Shown: positions 31,514 to 41,134 of the stretch, in pieces
Layout of the letters: each line of letters starts with the position of its first letter
Position numbering within the stretch: the first letter of the stretch is position 1
Source of the DNA: Alphaproteobacteria bacterium
GTDB lineage: Bacteria; Pseudomonadota; Alphaproteobacteria; JBILKX01
DNA: 52,520 nucleotides
Assembly: GCA_044376435.1 (NCBI GenBank)
Contig: JBILKX010000003.1
Span: 1 to 52,520, forward strand
Direction: 5' to 3'
Made by a program: the position numbers and the translations under genes
Notes under the pieces: model-generated
The model's input: the letters and a program-made list of their open reading frames with translations, nothing else
Told to the model about the DNA's origin: nothing
The model's database searches: none

Positions 31514-32363
31514 GTTGTCCTGGAGTCTGTTGAAGATGATCTGCGAGCAGGTTTAAGCTCACCAACGTGGCACATAAGCAAAAGCCAGGGAATAGAAGCA
31601 TCCATGGGGCCGTTTCAAGCTGTGTGGCGCCTTCTGTGATGAGCACTCCCCAGCTGGTCATCGGTTCTTGTATGCCAAGACCTAAAAAGCTTAGAAAAGA
31701 TTCAAGCACAATAGCACGGGGGAGGCCTAATAAAAGATAGACCAAAACCGGCCGCTTAATATTGCTCATAATATGATAACGGATGATATACCACGGAGTT
31801 GCGCCATATATAATTGCAGATTGCACAAAGTTGAGTTTTTTCAGGCTTAAGGTTTGCCCCCGTACCAGGCGGGCCATGTCAAGCCAGCCAGTCACACCGA
31901 TCGCTAATAAGATAACAACAAAACTGCGGCCAAAGATAACACTTAAAACCGCCACTAAAATAACAAATGGTAAGGCATAAAGAGTATCAACAATCCGCAT
32001 CAAAATTGCATCAGCACGACCGCCAAGATAGCCAGATACAGCCCCATATATGACGCCAATGGTAATGCTGACAAGACTCGCGCACGCGGCGACTGCAATC
32101 GAGATCTGCGCGCCTAAAATAAGGCGAGCGGCTAAGTCACGGCCTAAATTGTCGGTTCCGAGAAAAAAACCTTGCGACCAGTCTGGCGCAGAGTGAATGG
32201 CTTCCCAAAAGATTGTCTCATGATCATGGGGGAGGGCCCAAGGGCCAATGAGGGCCGCAACTGTTAAAAAGATTAGCCAGCCCAGCGCTAATTGTGTGCT
32301 GAGTTTATATTTAGGACTGGTGTCGGACACGCGCATCACATACCCCATATAAAATATCGACAA
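31497..32363 (-). CDS. oppC: Oligopeptide ABC transporter permease
   Basis: LGTDNLGRDL, WLDMARLVRGQTLSLK and ESFLSFLGLG motifs. The true start may be 32336. Confidence 0.9.
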   Translation of the reverse strand: MSIFYMGYVMRVSDTSPKYKLSTQLALGWLIFLTVAALIGPWALPHDHETIFWEAIHSAPDWSQGFFLGTDNLGRDLAARLILGAQISIAVAACASLVSITIGVIYGAVSGYLGGRADAILMRIVDTLYALPFVILVAVLSVIFGRSFVVILLAIGVTGWLDMARLVRGQTLSLKKLNFVQSAIIYGATPWYIIRYHIMSNIKRPVLVYLLLGLPRAIVLESFLSFLGLGIQEPMTSWGVLITEGATQLETAPWMLLFPGFCLCATLVSLNLLADHLQQTPGQHATIR

Positions 32364-33243
32364 GTGTGTTAAGAAAAATAATGGTTACGCCATAAACAAT
32401 GACCAGGCCCATCACGAGTGTATAATCACGGTTTAAGGCCGCATGCACGAAATATCGACCGAGTCCAGGGATGCCAAAGATTTGCTCAACAACCACGGTT
32501 CCGGTGAGAAGGTTGGCCGCCGTTGGGCCCAGGAAAGACAGAACCGGCATCAATGCGGGGCGTAAAGCATGGTGATAAATCGCATAAGATAATGGCAGCC
32601 CCTTACTAAGAGCGGTGCGAAAGTAGGGTTTTTCAAATGCCTCAAGGAGCCCGGCACGACACAGCTGGGTGATCTGAGCAAGAACGGGTAAACATAAGAC
32701 AATCACGGGGAGAATATAGGCATCCCAACTGGTATACGCATGCACGGCAACAGGGAGCCACTGCAGTTGGATTGCAAAAATCATGATGAGGAGTGGCCCC
32801 ATGACAAATGCAGGTACAGCTGTAAGAATACTTGTGAAGGTGAGAAGAATTGTGTCTATACGTGTATGGGCACGTTGTGCCATAAATAGACCAAGAGCGA
32901 TGCCGCCGATGATGGCGAGCATCAGCACAACGATCCCTAAAAAGGCCGAGACAGGGGCGGTTTGTGCAATCAGGTCGGTGACTTGAAAGTCGCGGTAGTA
33001 GAGGGATGTCCCGAGCTCACCTTGACACAGCTGCCAGAGGAAGCGGACATATTGCTCAAGGAGCGAACCATCAAGCTTGTAAATGTGCATGAGGCGCTGC
33101 TGCACCTCCACAGGGAGGGGACGCGCATAATCAAAGGGGCCGCCTGGAGCTATACGCATTAAAAAGAACGATATGGTTACCAGGCAAAATAACGTCGGAA
33201 TTGCCGATAATATTCGTTGTAGAATAAATTTCACATGCACCAA
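32311..33243 (-). CDS. oppB: Oligopeptide ABC transporter permease
   Basis: IPTLFCLVTISFFLMRIAPGGPF and VVEQIFGIPGLGRYFV..ALNRDY motifs. The start codon (TTG or GTG) is uncertain. Confidence 0.9.
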   Translation of the reverse strand: MVHVKFILQRILSAIPTLFCLVTISFFLMRIAPGGPFDYARPLPVEVQQRLMHIYKLDGSLLEQYVRFLWQLCQGELGTSLYYRDFQVTDLIAQTAPVSAFLGIVVLMLAIIGGIALGLFMAQRAHTRIDTILLTFTSILTAVPAFVMGPLLIMIFAIQLQWLPVAVHAYTSWDAYILPVIVLCLPVLAQITQLCRAGLLEAFEKPYFRTALSKGLPLSYAIYHHALRPALMPVLSFLGPTAANLLTGTVVVEQIFGIPGLGRYFVHAALNRDYTLVMGLVIVYGVTIIFLNTLVDILYGVCDARVRHQS

Positions 33244-33253
33244 CTTTGTATCT

Positions 33254-33379
33254 TATACCCAATGCAAGCAAGCTTGAAAAACCGCTCGTATCGACGAGAG
33301 GCGCAAGGCTTCTTCAAGCGCCGGTCGAGGGTCATAATTCCCTGCTCAAGAATCCACTTTTTCATTTGGATTGGGTATA
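33254..33379 (+). mobile_element. MITE-like family A copy with a left subterminal deletion
   Basis: TATACCCAAT...GCTTGAAAAACCG...TTCAAGCGCCGGTCGAGGGTCATAATTCCC...TTGGATTGGGTATA, colinear with 44123-44285 and TA at both ends. Confidence 0.85.
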
Positions 33380-33541
33380 TCATTATCTTGAAATTAGATT
33401 ACACAGCCGAGGCTGTAAAGTGCAAGTTTTATCTCCGAGTTAGTCTGGATATTTTTTGTGCCGTGATTCGCACGGCCTTAAATTAGCTCAATCGCTCGGC
33501 ATAAGCTTGGCTTTTCGCATTGAACTTTTTATCTTGCCCGA

Positions 33542-33574
33542 CAGCATCTTGCATTTTTATGAAGCAAGATGCTG
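33542..33574. other. 11-bp perfect stem hairpin downstream of the 34355 orphan gene
   Basis: CAGCATCTTGC-N11-GCAAGATGCTG. There is no clear U-tract, so a terminator role is unproven. Confidence 0.4.
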
Positions 33575-33626
33575 CAGGAATATTAAGAAATTGTAGGTTA
33601 ATAAGTCAAAATCTTAAATGTCTGAC

Positions 33627-34355
33627 TTAAGCCTGATTTTCTTTAATTTGCTGATTTTCTTGATTTATTTTTTCAATATGGGCTTGAAGCTCGCGGTAGA
33701 ATTGCTGATGCATCTGATTCACCTTGTAAATTCTATAAGCTAGGAGGCTAGTTCTGAAAAGTTCGAGGCTTGTGAAGATGCCAGCGCTGATGGCGCCTGG
33801 GAGAAATATTTTCCCATTTTTTACATGTCCTTGGAAAGTGCTGGTGAAATCATACTGCGATTTTACAATCTTACTGAGTAATTCAACGCCCATAATAGCC
33901 GGTATACTCAAAGCTCCAACATAATATGACATATTATACGTATGGAGAAAGATTTTAGCAGCAACAGAGGGTTTTGGCTGCGGGTTTTGTGGGGCAAGGT
34001 CGGGTGTTTTGTTGAAAAACAAGCCGACATTTGCTAAACCGTAAAGCCCGGCTAGGATACCGTGGAATACCTTCCAATTATGGTAGCGTTCTGGGTTTCT
34101 CCAAACCATAATAGAGGAAGTAAAAAGAATCAATCCTGTAAGCGAGCGCGTTGCATGTTCCGCTTCTCTGATTGCTTTTTCTCTGATTTCTTTCAAACGC
34201 GCCGCATCAGGCGTTTTGATCGCTGCATTGTTTTGTTGTAAGTAAGCTGGATTTGCAAGGGCAGTAGCTGCAGGGTCTTGTGTAGATTCAACCGTACCTG
34301 CATAACTGCCTGTTATGCATGCTGTTGCTAGAACGACACTGAAGAGCTTTTTCAT
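33627..34355 (-). CDS. Orphan protein with signal peptide and ~4 TM helices
   Basis: Start MKKLFSVVLATACITGSYA at 34355 after GAGG. Several hydrophobic segments and a Gln-rich coiled C-tail. Confidence 0.75.
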   Translation of the reverse strand: MKKLFSVVLATACITGSYAGTVESTQDPAATALANPAYLQQNNAAIKTPDAARLKEIREKAIREAEHATRSLTGLILFTSSIMVWRNPERYHNWKVFHGILAGLYGLANVGLFFNKTPDLAPQNPQPKPSVAAKIFLHTYNMSYYVGALSIPAIMGVELLSKIVKSQYDFTSTFQGHVKNGKIFLPGAISAGIFTSLELFRTSLLAYRIYKVNQMHQQFYRELQAHIEKINQENQQIKENQA

Positions 34356-34579
34356 AGATATCCTCATGAGGTATTTGATTTGGTTTTTCATATCTATATC
34401 TATTGGGAACGAGAACTAATAGTCAAGATCTACGTAAACAAATTTCTTTTGAACGTTCTCTTCAAGGAAAGCTAACAGATTGCGGATAAAAAACCCAAAT
34501 CAACACTGCGTATTTTTCAAAAAAACCAAAAAGCCCTAATTTTTTGCAAAAAGAGATATGCTCTTGCCAAAAACCTTAA

Positions 34580-34843
34580 TTAGGCCATCCCTTTGATGCG
34601 GCTTACAAGACGGGAAATCTTACGTGAAATTGTGTTAATATGGAATACACCTTTAGAAGCGCCACGCATCATTTCAGGTTGTGCAGCTTTTAGGGCGTCC
34701 ATGGCCTTAGTCTTATCACCGCTTTGAATAGCTGTCTCAACACCTTTGATGAATGTGCGAACTCGGGATACCCGATTACGATTGATAGTGGTGCGCTTTT
34801 CAATCTGCCGCGCGCGCTTTTCTGCTGACTTATGATTCGCCAT
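34580..34843 (-). CDS. rpsT: 30S ribosomal protein S20
   Basis: [13 protein letters not shown]...[13 protein letters not shown]...[15 protein letters not shown]. Confidence 0.97.
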   Translation of the reverse strand: MANHKSAEKRARQIEKRTTINRNRVSRVRTFIKGVETAIQSGDKTKAMDALKAAQPEMMRGASKGVFHINTISRKISRLVSRIKGMA

Positions 34844-34958
34844 AGTAAGTAAACCTCTCAAACCAAAATAAAATATAACGTCTATTTAGCCTATTTTGTT
34901 CTTAATGTCTATCGTTTTTTAAAGATCTCAGTATTTTTTGTCATTTTTGCATTTATGA

Positions 34959-34993
34959 TACCCAATCCAAATGGAAAAGAAGATTTTTGAGCG
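34959..34993 (-). repeat. Solo terminal repeat of MITE family A (inverted right end)
   Basis: TACCCAATCCAAATGGAAAAGAAGATTTTTGAGCG is 33/35 identical to the reverse complement of 44251-44285. Confidence 0.85.
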
Positions 34994-35168
34994 ACCACAT
35001 ACCGTGCATTTTTTTTCTTTGCATCGGCAGTTTAATGTGGCATATTGAGCGCTGGCTGGCGCATGATAGCTTTACAGCTCGTATTTCCGTTGTTAGGTTT
35101 AAGTCTTGGGAATACACATCCGCCAGCCGATTTCTGTGCGGTAATCCTACCAATTAGTCTCCTGGGGG

Positions 35169-35546
35169 CTAAAAAGACGTCATATCAATCAAGATCTCCC
35201 AGTACCCAGCGGCTTTATCTTGTGAAAAATTACTTCCGCTCGTATGCCCCTTAATACAGAAATAGCATTGCTTTGGCTGGGTGATAAGGTGGCCGAATTT
35301 GTATTCTCGTAAGGATTTCCACGGGCCTTGGGGCCATGGTTTAAGCGTTGGCATAGTGAACTTGCCGATCACTTGGTTATGGTGATTTTTAAAAAATATT
35401 TCTTCATCAATTTGTTCCGCAGTAATCAGATGAGGGGTGGTTAGGCGTGTTTCCACTAATTTCAGGCGATTCTCAAGATCGCGGAAGTTTCCATCCAATT
35501 CATCGACGCTGAGAGGCGCATTTTTGTCGCGGCGGTAGATAATCAT
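35169..35546 (-). CDS. Small phage tail/fibre-like protein with a possible carbohydrate-binding C-terminus
   Basis: N-terminal YRRDKNAPLSVDELDGNFRDL resembles fibre-attachment motifs. C-terminal W...YKFGHLI....YFCIKGHTS...YW. ATGA-coupled to the upstream gene. Confidence 0.6.
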   Translation of the reverse strand: MIIYRRDKNAPLSVDELDGNFRDLENRLKLVETRLTTPHLITAEQIDEEIFFKNHHNQVIGKFTMPTLKPWPQGPWKSLREYKFGHLITQPKQCYFCIKGHTSGSNFSQDKAAGYWEILIDMTSF

Positions 35547-36442
35547 TTTAATTTCCTTAATGTAAATGTGACGTCAATTCCTGAGGGCGGGGCGTAGGTG
35601 AATCGCTCACTGTGGTATACAAAGACTATCGATGGCACCAGTCGCCATTCAATTTGAAGGCCACCAGTGTGCAGTAGTGTTGCTAGGGACATAGGGCAAG
35701 GCTTATCGCTGTACAGCTTATAATATGCCTGGTCTTTGAGGCCTCCAAGCATGATATTGATGCCTTTTTGGTGCCAATCACTCGCTGTTGTTAAATTGAG
35801 GTGTGTCACATTAGATTTATTCAATAATGTGAAGTAAACTTGCTCTATCCGATCCAGAGGGGTGCCTGGGCGGTAAAAGCCGCCGAAACCGAATAAGGGG
35901 ACTCCTGGTATTTCCAGTGGAAAGGTAACCCAGCGCTTGCTGGCATCTTGATAAGTACGTTGTAGAATCTGCGGTTGAGTTTGTGTTAAGAATTCATGCC
36001 GGTATAAACAATTTTGGGCGGCACAGGATAAGAGACCGTCTGCAACTTGTGAGCCATTGAAAGGGAGCCAAGGTGTTGTCGGGGTCATCTGTACAGTGCT
36101 GGAACCGTTGTAAATTAATTCAATAGCCTGGCAGCGGCCATATAAATATAGCTCATGCTCCCGCTCAGTTGTGATTGCAGGATCTTGGTAAAGATTAATA
36201 GGTTTGCAGACAATGTTGCCATGAGTATAGTGAGCTGTTGTTGAGGTGTTGTTGATAGGAATGCTGCGAATCTGGAGTTGGAGCCTGAACTGAAACGGCG
36301 GACTTTGGATATGGGGTGTAAAGCTTTCATGTTGGGCTGGTTTAATTTCAGCGGTACCAGGTAAAAACTCATCACGTTTCTCGAGCGTGCCAGTGGATAT
36401 AAGAGGAGAGGGTATAAAATTGCGAATGCCGCTGATAATCAT
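35543..36442 (-). CDS. Hypothetical protein in the putative tail module
   Basis: 299-aa ORF with 4-bp ATGA overlaps on both sides; beta-rich composition; no motif recognised. Confidence 0.7.
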   Translation of the reverse strand: MIISGIRNFIPSPLISTGTLEKRDEFLPGTAEIKPAQHESFTPHIQSPPFQFRLQLQIRSIPINNTSTTAHYTHGNIVCKPINLYQDPAITTEREHELYLYGRCQAIELIYNGSSTVQMTPTTPWLPFNGSQVADGLLSCAAQNCLYRHEFLTQTQPQILQRTYQDASKRWVTFPLEIPGVPLFGFGGFYRPGTPLDRIEQVYFTLLNKSNVTHLNLTTASDWHQKGINIMLGGLKDQAYYKLYSDKPCPMSLATLLHTGGLQIEWRLVPSIVFVYHSERFTYAPPSGIDVTFTLRKLK

Positions 36443-38184
36443 GATTGGGTCCTAAAATTAATATGGCAAGGTATGGAGACAGAAGCCGAGACATTAACGT
36501 TTACATAAGCGGTTGCAGAGGCTTGTGCGCGCAGAGGGCGTAACCGCACCTGAAGTGTTGTAGGATGTTGGCGTAGGAATGTGTCAAGTTTCAAAGGCAG
36601 CGGGGAAAGGTTGTTCTCTGCAAATCCAGCGGCTTGCTCTGTGCCTGTATTATGCCACTCTATCTTTTCAATAAAGTCTTGAGCGCGCAGGGCATAGGGG
36701 TAATCAATGACGCCAAGAGTAGAGGAAGAATTCTCTACGGGGGTAGGGCGATAAAAGATAAGGCCTTGAGGGCTTTGTAGAGGGTGGTGCGAGACTTCTT
36801 GAGCTTCTGGGCTTAGAGTGTTGTCATGAGCATATGCGGGCTCAGTGGTCGGTCCGGAAACAGGATCTAAATCGGGATCACCAATGCAGGCGCCAATCCA
36901 TACGTGAGCGACCTGCTCGCCGGTTGTGCCATTCATTACTAGGTGGTAGCGTATGACTTTGCCGCGTATCTTACCATAAGGAAGCTCTGGATGTTGGAAA
37001 CTCAACATATGTTGGGTAGAAATTTCCAGTGCAGAGGCAAAGGGGACCTGTAGGTAAATAGTGATGGCGCGCGCGGATGCCACAAGATGTGCCCGAGCAA
37101 TGTCTAAGGCGTGGGCAATGGCAGAATGGCCGCGTGCTGTTGTAAAGAAACTCGGTTGATGCGGTTGAAATTCTGATGGTGATAAGCTCTGCAGATCTGC
37201 AAGCGTAAGATGGAGCTTTTTTGTAGAATTGCGGCTTGTCAGGCTAAGATTTTGCAGCTTTTGTTTTAGACTAAAAATAGCATATTCATGCCGGTTGCAT
37301 TGGTAGCGCCATGTGGTGACTAGCTTTGGATAAAAGTACTGACATTGCGCGTATATGGGGGGATGTTTGCTAGAGTCTGAGTCAGACGCAGTGACCAGCG
37401 GTAGTGGCGCTGATAGGGGTCTAGTCATTGGGGTGAGTTCACTATCAACAACATAATATCCTGAATTCTGCCCTAAAGAGCGCCCAGGTTTTGGCCACTG
37501 ATATTTTGCAAAATGTTCACCAGTAAAAGTCTCAATTTGTTGATAAGGATTAGATTCAACGAGGATAGGCCCTAGATCAATGGTGCCACTGGCATACTGA
37601 AGCCATTGAGCATGGAGAGTGACTTCAATATGTTCATATGCTTGCGGATTGAGATACATGGAAATGGGTCGATCAAGGACTGTTGTCCCCAGCTTGAGCT
37701 CCTTGGGGGCGTTGATAATTGAGCAGCGCGTTGCTTGTCCAGTGACCCGACACCATTCATACAGGCTTGCATCCGCCTCAAGTCCTGTGCTTGGGTTGTC
37801 GTGGGTTTGTGCGTTGTAAAACAAAGGATCCCATAGGACGGTTTTGCGCAGCTCAGTATGTAATTTTTGGAGTTGCTCTGAACTGTTATTAGGTTGAGCA
37901 ATCAGTTGTAAAGTGACCGTGCAGTGCGCGAGTTTGAGCGGGGCTAAAACCACCCGACCTCTAAATAGTATTGTAGACTTGTCGTCGCATTTGAGGATAA
38001 TAAGCCCCCATAGAAAGGTGCGAGAACCACCAAATGTCTGACGAATACCTGGTATGGTAACGTGCGCAGTAGCAAAGCCGCCTTCTTGCTGTTTGATCTC
38101 AAGATGTAGGATCCTTTTCTCAAAAGACTGCTGATTATTAGGATCGAATGCCGTATTTTCCTCGATCCAGACGATATAGAACAT
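36439..38184 (-). CDS. Putative phage tail hub/tip-like protein
   Basis: Start MFYIVWIEE at 38184 after GAGAGG. The segments LEIKQQEGGFATA, ILFRGRVV, WDPLF, SFFTTARG and GKIRGKVIRY recall alphaproteobacterial prophage tail proteins (from memory). Confidence 0.55.
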   Translation of the reverse strand: MFYIVWIEENTAFDPNNQQSFEKRILHLEIKQQEGGFATAHVTIPGIRQTFGGSRTFLWGLIILKCDDKSTILFRGRVVLAPLKLAHCTVTLQLIAQPNNSSEQLQKLHTELRKTVLWDPLFYNAQTHDNPSTGLEADASLYEWCRVTGQATRCSIINAPKELKLGTTVLDRPISMYLNPQAYEHIEVTLHAQWLQYASGTIDLGPILVESNPYQQIETFTGEHFAKYQWPKPGRSLGQNSGYYVVDSELTPMTRPLSAPLPLVTASDSDSSKHPPIYAQCQYFYPKLVTTWRYQCNRHEYAIFSLKQKLQNLSLTSRNSTKKLHLTLADLQSLSPSEFQPHQPSFFTTARGHSAIAHALDIARAHLVASARAITIYLQVPFASALEISTQHMLSFQHPELPYGKIRGKVIRYHLVMNGTTGEQVAHVWIGACIGDPDLDPVSGPTTEPAYAHDNTLSPEAQEVSHHPLQSPQGLIFYRPTPVENSSSTLGVIDYPYALRAQDFIEKIEWHNTGTEQAAGFAENNLSPLPLKLDTFLRQHPTTLQVRLRPLRAQASATAYVNVNVSASVSIPCHINFRTQS

Positions 38185-38244
38185 AATGCCTCTCAAAGAT
38201 CCAAATTTTCAGTTCCTCGTTAAAAAGACGCTTTGAGGCCATTT

Positions 38245-38280
38245 TATACCCAATCCAAATAAAAAAGTGGATTGGATATC
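38245..38280. repeat. Collapsed ~36-bp family A element (both ends only)
   Basis: TATACCCAATCCAAATAAAAAAGTGGATTGGATATC. Confidence 0.7.
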
Positions 38281-38318
38281 TAGGGCTAAAATCTTAAATT
38301 TATGACCCAAATCTAGCC

Positions 38319-38422
38319 TCAGTAGACTTTTTCACATTGAACTTAATAGACAATGAGATGAGTATTTGTGTCAATTTAACATGTCAAGATTCTAATGAAA
38401 TTATTTAGTTCAATGTGAAAAA
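38319..38422. repeat. Inverted-repeat element family C
   Basis: TTTTTCACATTGAACTTAATA (38328-38348) pairs with TATTTAGTTCAATGTGAAAAA (38402-38422) at 20/21. A related arm lies at 5303. Confidence 0.7.
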
Positions 38423-38558
38423 TTTTGTGGATGATTCTATGGGGTCTACTGTGGTTGGATTTCTTAATATGCACAATACTTCAATGAGAAATTGCTGTTT
38501 TATAACAATTGACAAAGTGAGCTAGTTTTCTTATATCTCTAATGCTTATGGAGATAAT

Positions 38559-39803
38559 ATGATTCAGCTTATTATGATGACGATATTATGGTGCGCCGTG
38601 CCAGGTATATCAGTTGCTATGACCGATAGTGAGGTGGTGAGGATTTCGCACACTGAAAAGCAGCCGGTCAAACCATCTAAACCAGGTGCTAGTATGTTGC
38701 AGGCTTTGTGCGATGATAATCACAAAATCAATCGAGTCGTTTCACGTTATACTTATAAGGACATGAGTTTTAGTGGCTACGTTGCCAGTATAATAGAACG
38801 TGTTATGCTCAACACTAAAGGGTTTTACGGTCTTGTTGTAAGTTTGCCGATAATGACCTGTATATTCTCATCAGTGAAAATCTTTTCTAGTTTGTGGATC
38901 AGTTATCAAGCGGCTAAGGTATACAAAGATCAAAGCTTCTCTTTTCAAGAATTAGGGGTTGTAACTGGTATTCTGTTAAATCCAATACAAAGCTTTTGGT
39001 TTTTTAGGTTAATAACCTTATTAATGATGACGTCCTTGCCGGATATTTATAAACATACGCTCAATCTCCCTAAGTTTTATAACTGGTGCGATGTCTTGAG
39101 TGCGAGTATGGTGCGTTACAATTTCAATAAAGTGTTGCGTCATGCGCAGATGCATCGTCAGTTGCGTGATAGTCGCATAGGCTTAGCCCCTGTCACAGCC
39201 TCACCGAAAGCGCAAGTCTTTTTGCGTAATCATAAAATGGGATTTTTAAGAAATTTATCGTCATTTACGACAATGATAACGATAGCCTCGCCTCTTGTGA
39301 CTGTGTTTCAATTAATAAGTAGGTATGCTCATAAGCAAGGGGACGATCCACAGCAAACTCTTTCTTTGGTCAGGGCTGTTGCGAAGATAGGCGCCTCTTT
39401 CTCGTTCTTATACATTATGTGGAGTACACTAAAAGCTTCAAGACAATTAAGTTTAGCCTCTCAAAGTTCAAAAATATCTGCCCAACGAGCAGCAGAACCC
39501 GAGATGCAAGAAGCGACCAAAACTCAAGCTGAACGCGCTGATCAAGGGCTTTACATGCAACAGAACTTTTTGGTTAAGTCACGCTTCTTACATGGTCTGT
39601 TAAGCTCCGTAAGTTTTGCGTTGTCTTGCTATGAGCAGTATACAACTAGAAAGCAGGGTATTATGGAGTTTCTATTATTGATTGCTAGTGTTGTGACTGA
39701 AGGTGGCCAACTCTTTGCTCTAACGCATGGTTTAAATAAATTAACGCAGCCTCTGCAGGCACAACCTATGCATACACTAGATACACCGCGCGGTGAATTC
39801 TAG
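38559..39803 (+). CDS. Orphan multi-TM protein with signal peptide, inserted antisense in the phage-like cluster
   Basis: 414 aa with GGAGA SD; N-terminus MIQLIMMTILWCAVPGISVA; several hydrophobic helices; lower GC than the flanking phage genes. Confidence 0.75.
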   Translation: MIQLIMMTILWCAVPGISVAMTDSEVVRISHTEKQPVKPSKPGASMLQALCDDNHKINRVVSRYTYKDMSFSGYVASIIERVMLNTKGFYGLVVSLPIMTCIFSSVKIFSSLWISYQAAKVYKDQSFSFQELGVVTGILLNPIQSFWFFRLITLLMMTSLPDIYKHTLNLPKFYNWCDVLSASMVRYNFNKVLRHAQMHRQLRDSRIGLAPVTASPKAQVFLRNHKMGFLRNLSSFTTMITIASPLVTVFQLISRYAHKQGDDPQQTLSLVRAVAKIGASFSFLYIMWSTLKASRQLSLASQSSKISAQRAAEPEMQEATKTQAERADQGLYMQQNFLVKSRFLHGLLSSVSFALSCYEQYTTRKQGIMEFLLLIASVVTEGGQLFALTHGLNKLTQPLQAQPMHTLDTPRGEF

Positions 39804-40129
39804 AATGGCCGCGAATAGGACGGCGCAATTAAAAAACATAGTGGAAAACAGACATAATGTCTCTTAACCTCCATATTAACATGGGGGTACAAAAACAACT
39901 GTTTCCAAGCAAGTCTTAAACATTTATCGCGATGCTTTTTAAGCTCAGCACTACGAATGTTAACCCTATAACACCCAGCTCGTCTGGTGGTGGTTATATT
40001 AGGCAGTAGCTGGATTTCCGCCCAGGCTTCTAGAACAGGCTGCCACTTGTACAAGCTGACCCCCCATTCATCGGTCACAAGTTTACCTTCTTCTATTATT
40101 GTGTAGGCGTTGAAGTGATTAATTCCCAT
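39800..40129 (-). CDS. Putative head-closure (head-tail adaptor) protein, divergent
   Basis: DEWG....WQPVLEAWAEI motif; 109 aa; follows the connector gene. Confidence 0.6.
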   Translation of the reverse strand: MGINHFNAYTIIEEGKLVTDEWGVSLYKWQPVLEAWAEIQLLPNITTTRRAGCYRVNIRSAELKKHRDKCLRLAWKQLFLYPHVNMEVKRHYVCFPLCFLIAPSYSRPF

Positions 40130-40168
40130 TTAAAAATACCCTCTATAAGTCTCAAATGAAGTGATTGG

Positions 40169-40672
40169 TTATTCAAAAAATATTCTGCGATATGGTGCTG
40201 CCAATTTTTGCCAAGGGCGTTCCGTGGCGGGAACATCGCCTCTGTGCTCAAAAAGATCAGCGCATGCCATCAAGATAGCTTGGCGTATTGGTGCAGGCAC
40301 ATCTTGTGGATTATCACCATATCCGCATTTATAAGCAACAATTAAGCTTTGAGATTTTTGTTTTATAGCTTCAGGGAGGATCACGTCAACAGTTTGATCT
40401 TTCCAGGTATATTGGCAAGCCACTGAATCTGGTAAAGTTGGTAAAATTGCCGTCACACTTGTCACACATTGCACTGGGCCATAGGGCAGCTTTATACGTG
40501 ATTGTATAGGCTTGATCGGGAGCACGCACTCCTGGGTCAGAAGTTTCTGACCCAGGAAAGCTTCAATAAGAAAGTGCGCAGTCTCGAGACAAAGTGTTAA
40601 TACTCCATCTTCGGTCGAGTCACTTAATCGTGTAAACGCTTTGGTTTCGCCTAAATTAAGGACGAACTTCAT
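40169..40672 (-). CDS. Head-tail connector protein (gp6-like)
   Basis: ETKAFTRL...EDGVL, LPYGPVQ, CGYGD..DVPAPIRQAILM...LFEHRG and LAAPYR motifs. The ATG at 40672 overlaps the upstream TGA. Confidence 0.85.
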   Translation of the reverse strand: MKFVLNLGETKAFTRLSDSTEDGVLTLCLETAHFLIEAFLGQKLLTQECVLPIKPIQSRIKLPYGPVQCVTSVTAILPTLPDSVACQYTWKDQTVDVILPEAIKQKSQSLIVAYKCGYGDNPQDVPAPIRQAILMACADLFEHRGDVPATERPWQKLAAPYRRIFFE

Positions 40673-41112
40673 AGGGGGCCTGCTGACTGAAAGCTGGGAT
40701 GACCAAGGAGCGCCCACAAGCTGACGCAGGTGGGGGCGTTATGATTATCTGAGCTCGAGATGGTCGCGCGCAGGTAGCGTTTCGCACCGATATACCCAAA
40801 AGTATGGAGTTGACTCGTGGCCTCATCCTGCTTGACAACGAGAGCGTTATCGGCATTGAGAGCCGAGCGACTATAGAGAAGGTTTTTGCTAATCACGGTG
40901 TAGTCATGATTATTATCGCTGTGTTCAAAGCTGAATTTCAACCAACGATTGTCCCCAAAAGCCTCGCCGGGGCGGCCAATATCAACCACCAGCATTGTGC
41001 TATCAAAGCCAATGGCATCAATACCACCGGTGGTAATATTGGCATTACTTGCGATGCTGCTCGGGAGCTGTAAGCTGCGTATACCCAGCATATATAAAAG
41101 TTGACGTGTCAT
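40669..41112 (-). CDS. Putative capsid decoration/cement protein
   Basis: 147 aa directly after the capsid gene; IDAIGFDS, FEHSD and YIGAKRYLR motifs; AAAGGA SD. Confidence 0.5.
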   Translation of the reverse strand: MTRQLLYMLGIRSLQLPSSIASNANITTGGIDAIGFDSTMLVVDIGRPGEAFGDNRWLKFSFEHSDNNHDYTVISKNLLYSRSALNADNALVVKQDEATSQLHTFGYIGAKRYLRATISSSDNHNAPTCVSLWALLGHPSFQSAGPL

Positions 41113-41134
41113 GATGTATTATCCTTTCTAGAAA

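Noticed and set aside
33235-33486. Small ORFs over repeat copies (also 2122, 22060, 34953, 43981-44500, 47790, 48001), several sharing peptides such as LKNPLFHLDWV
   Set aside because: The shared peptides are translations of the MITE sequence, with no independent evidence of genes.
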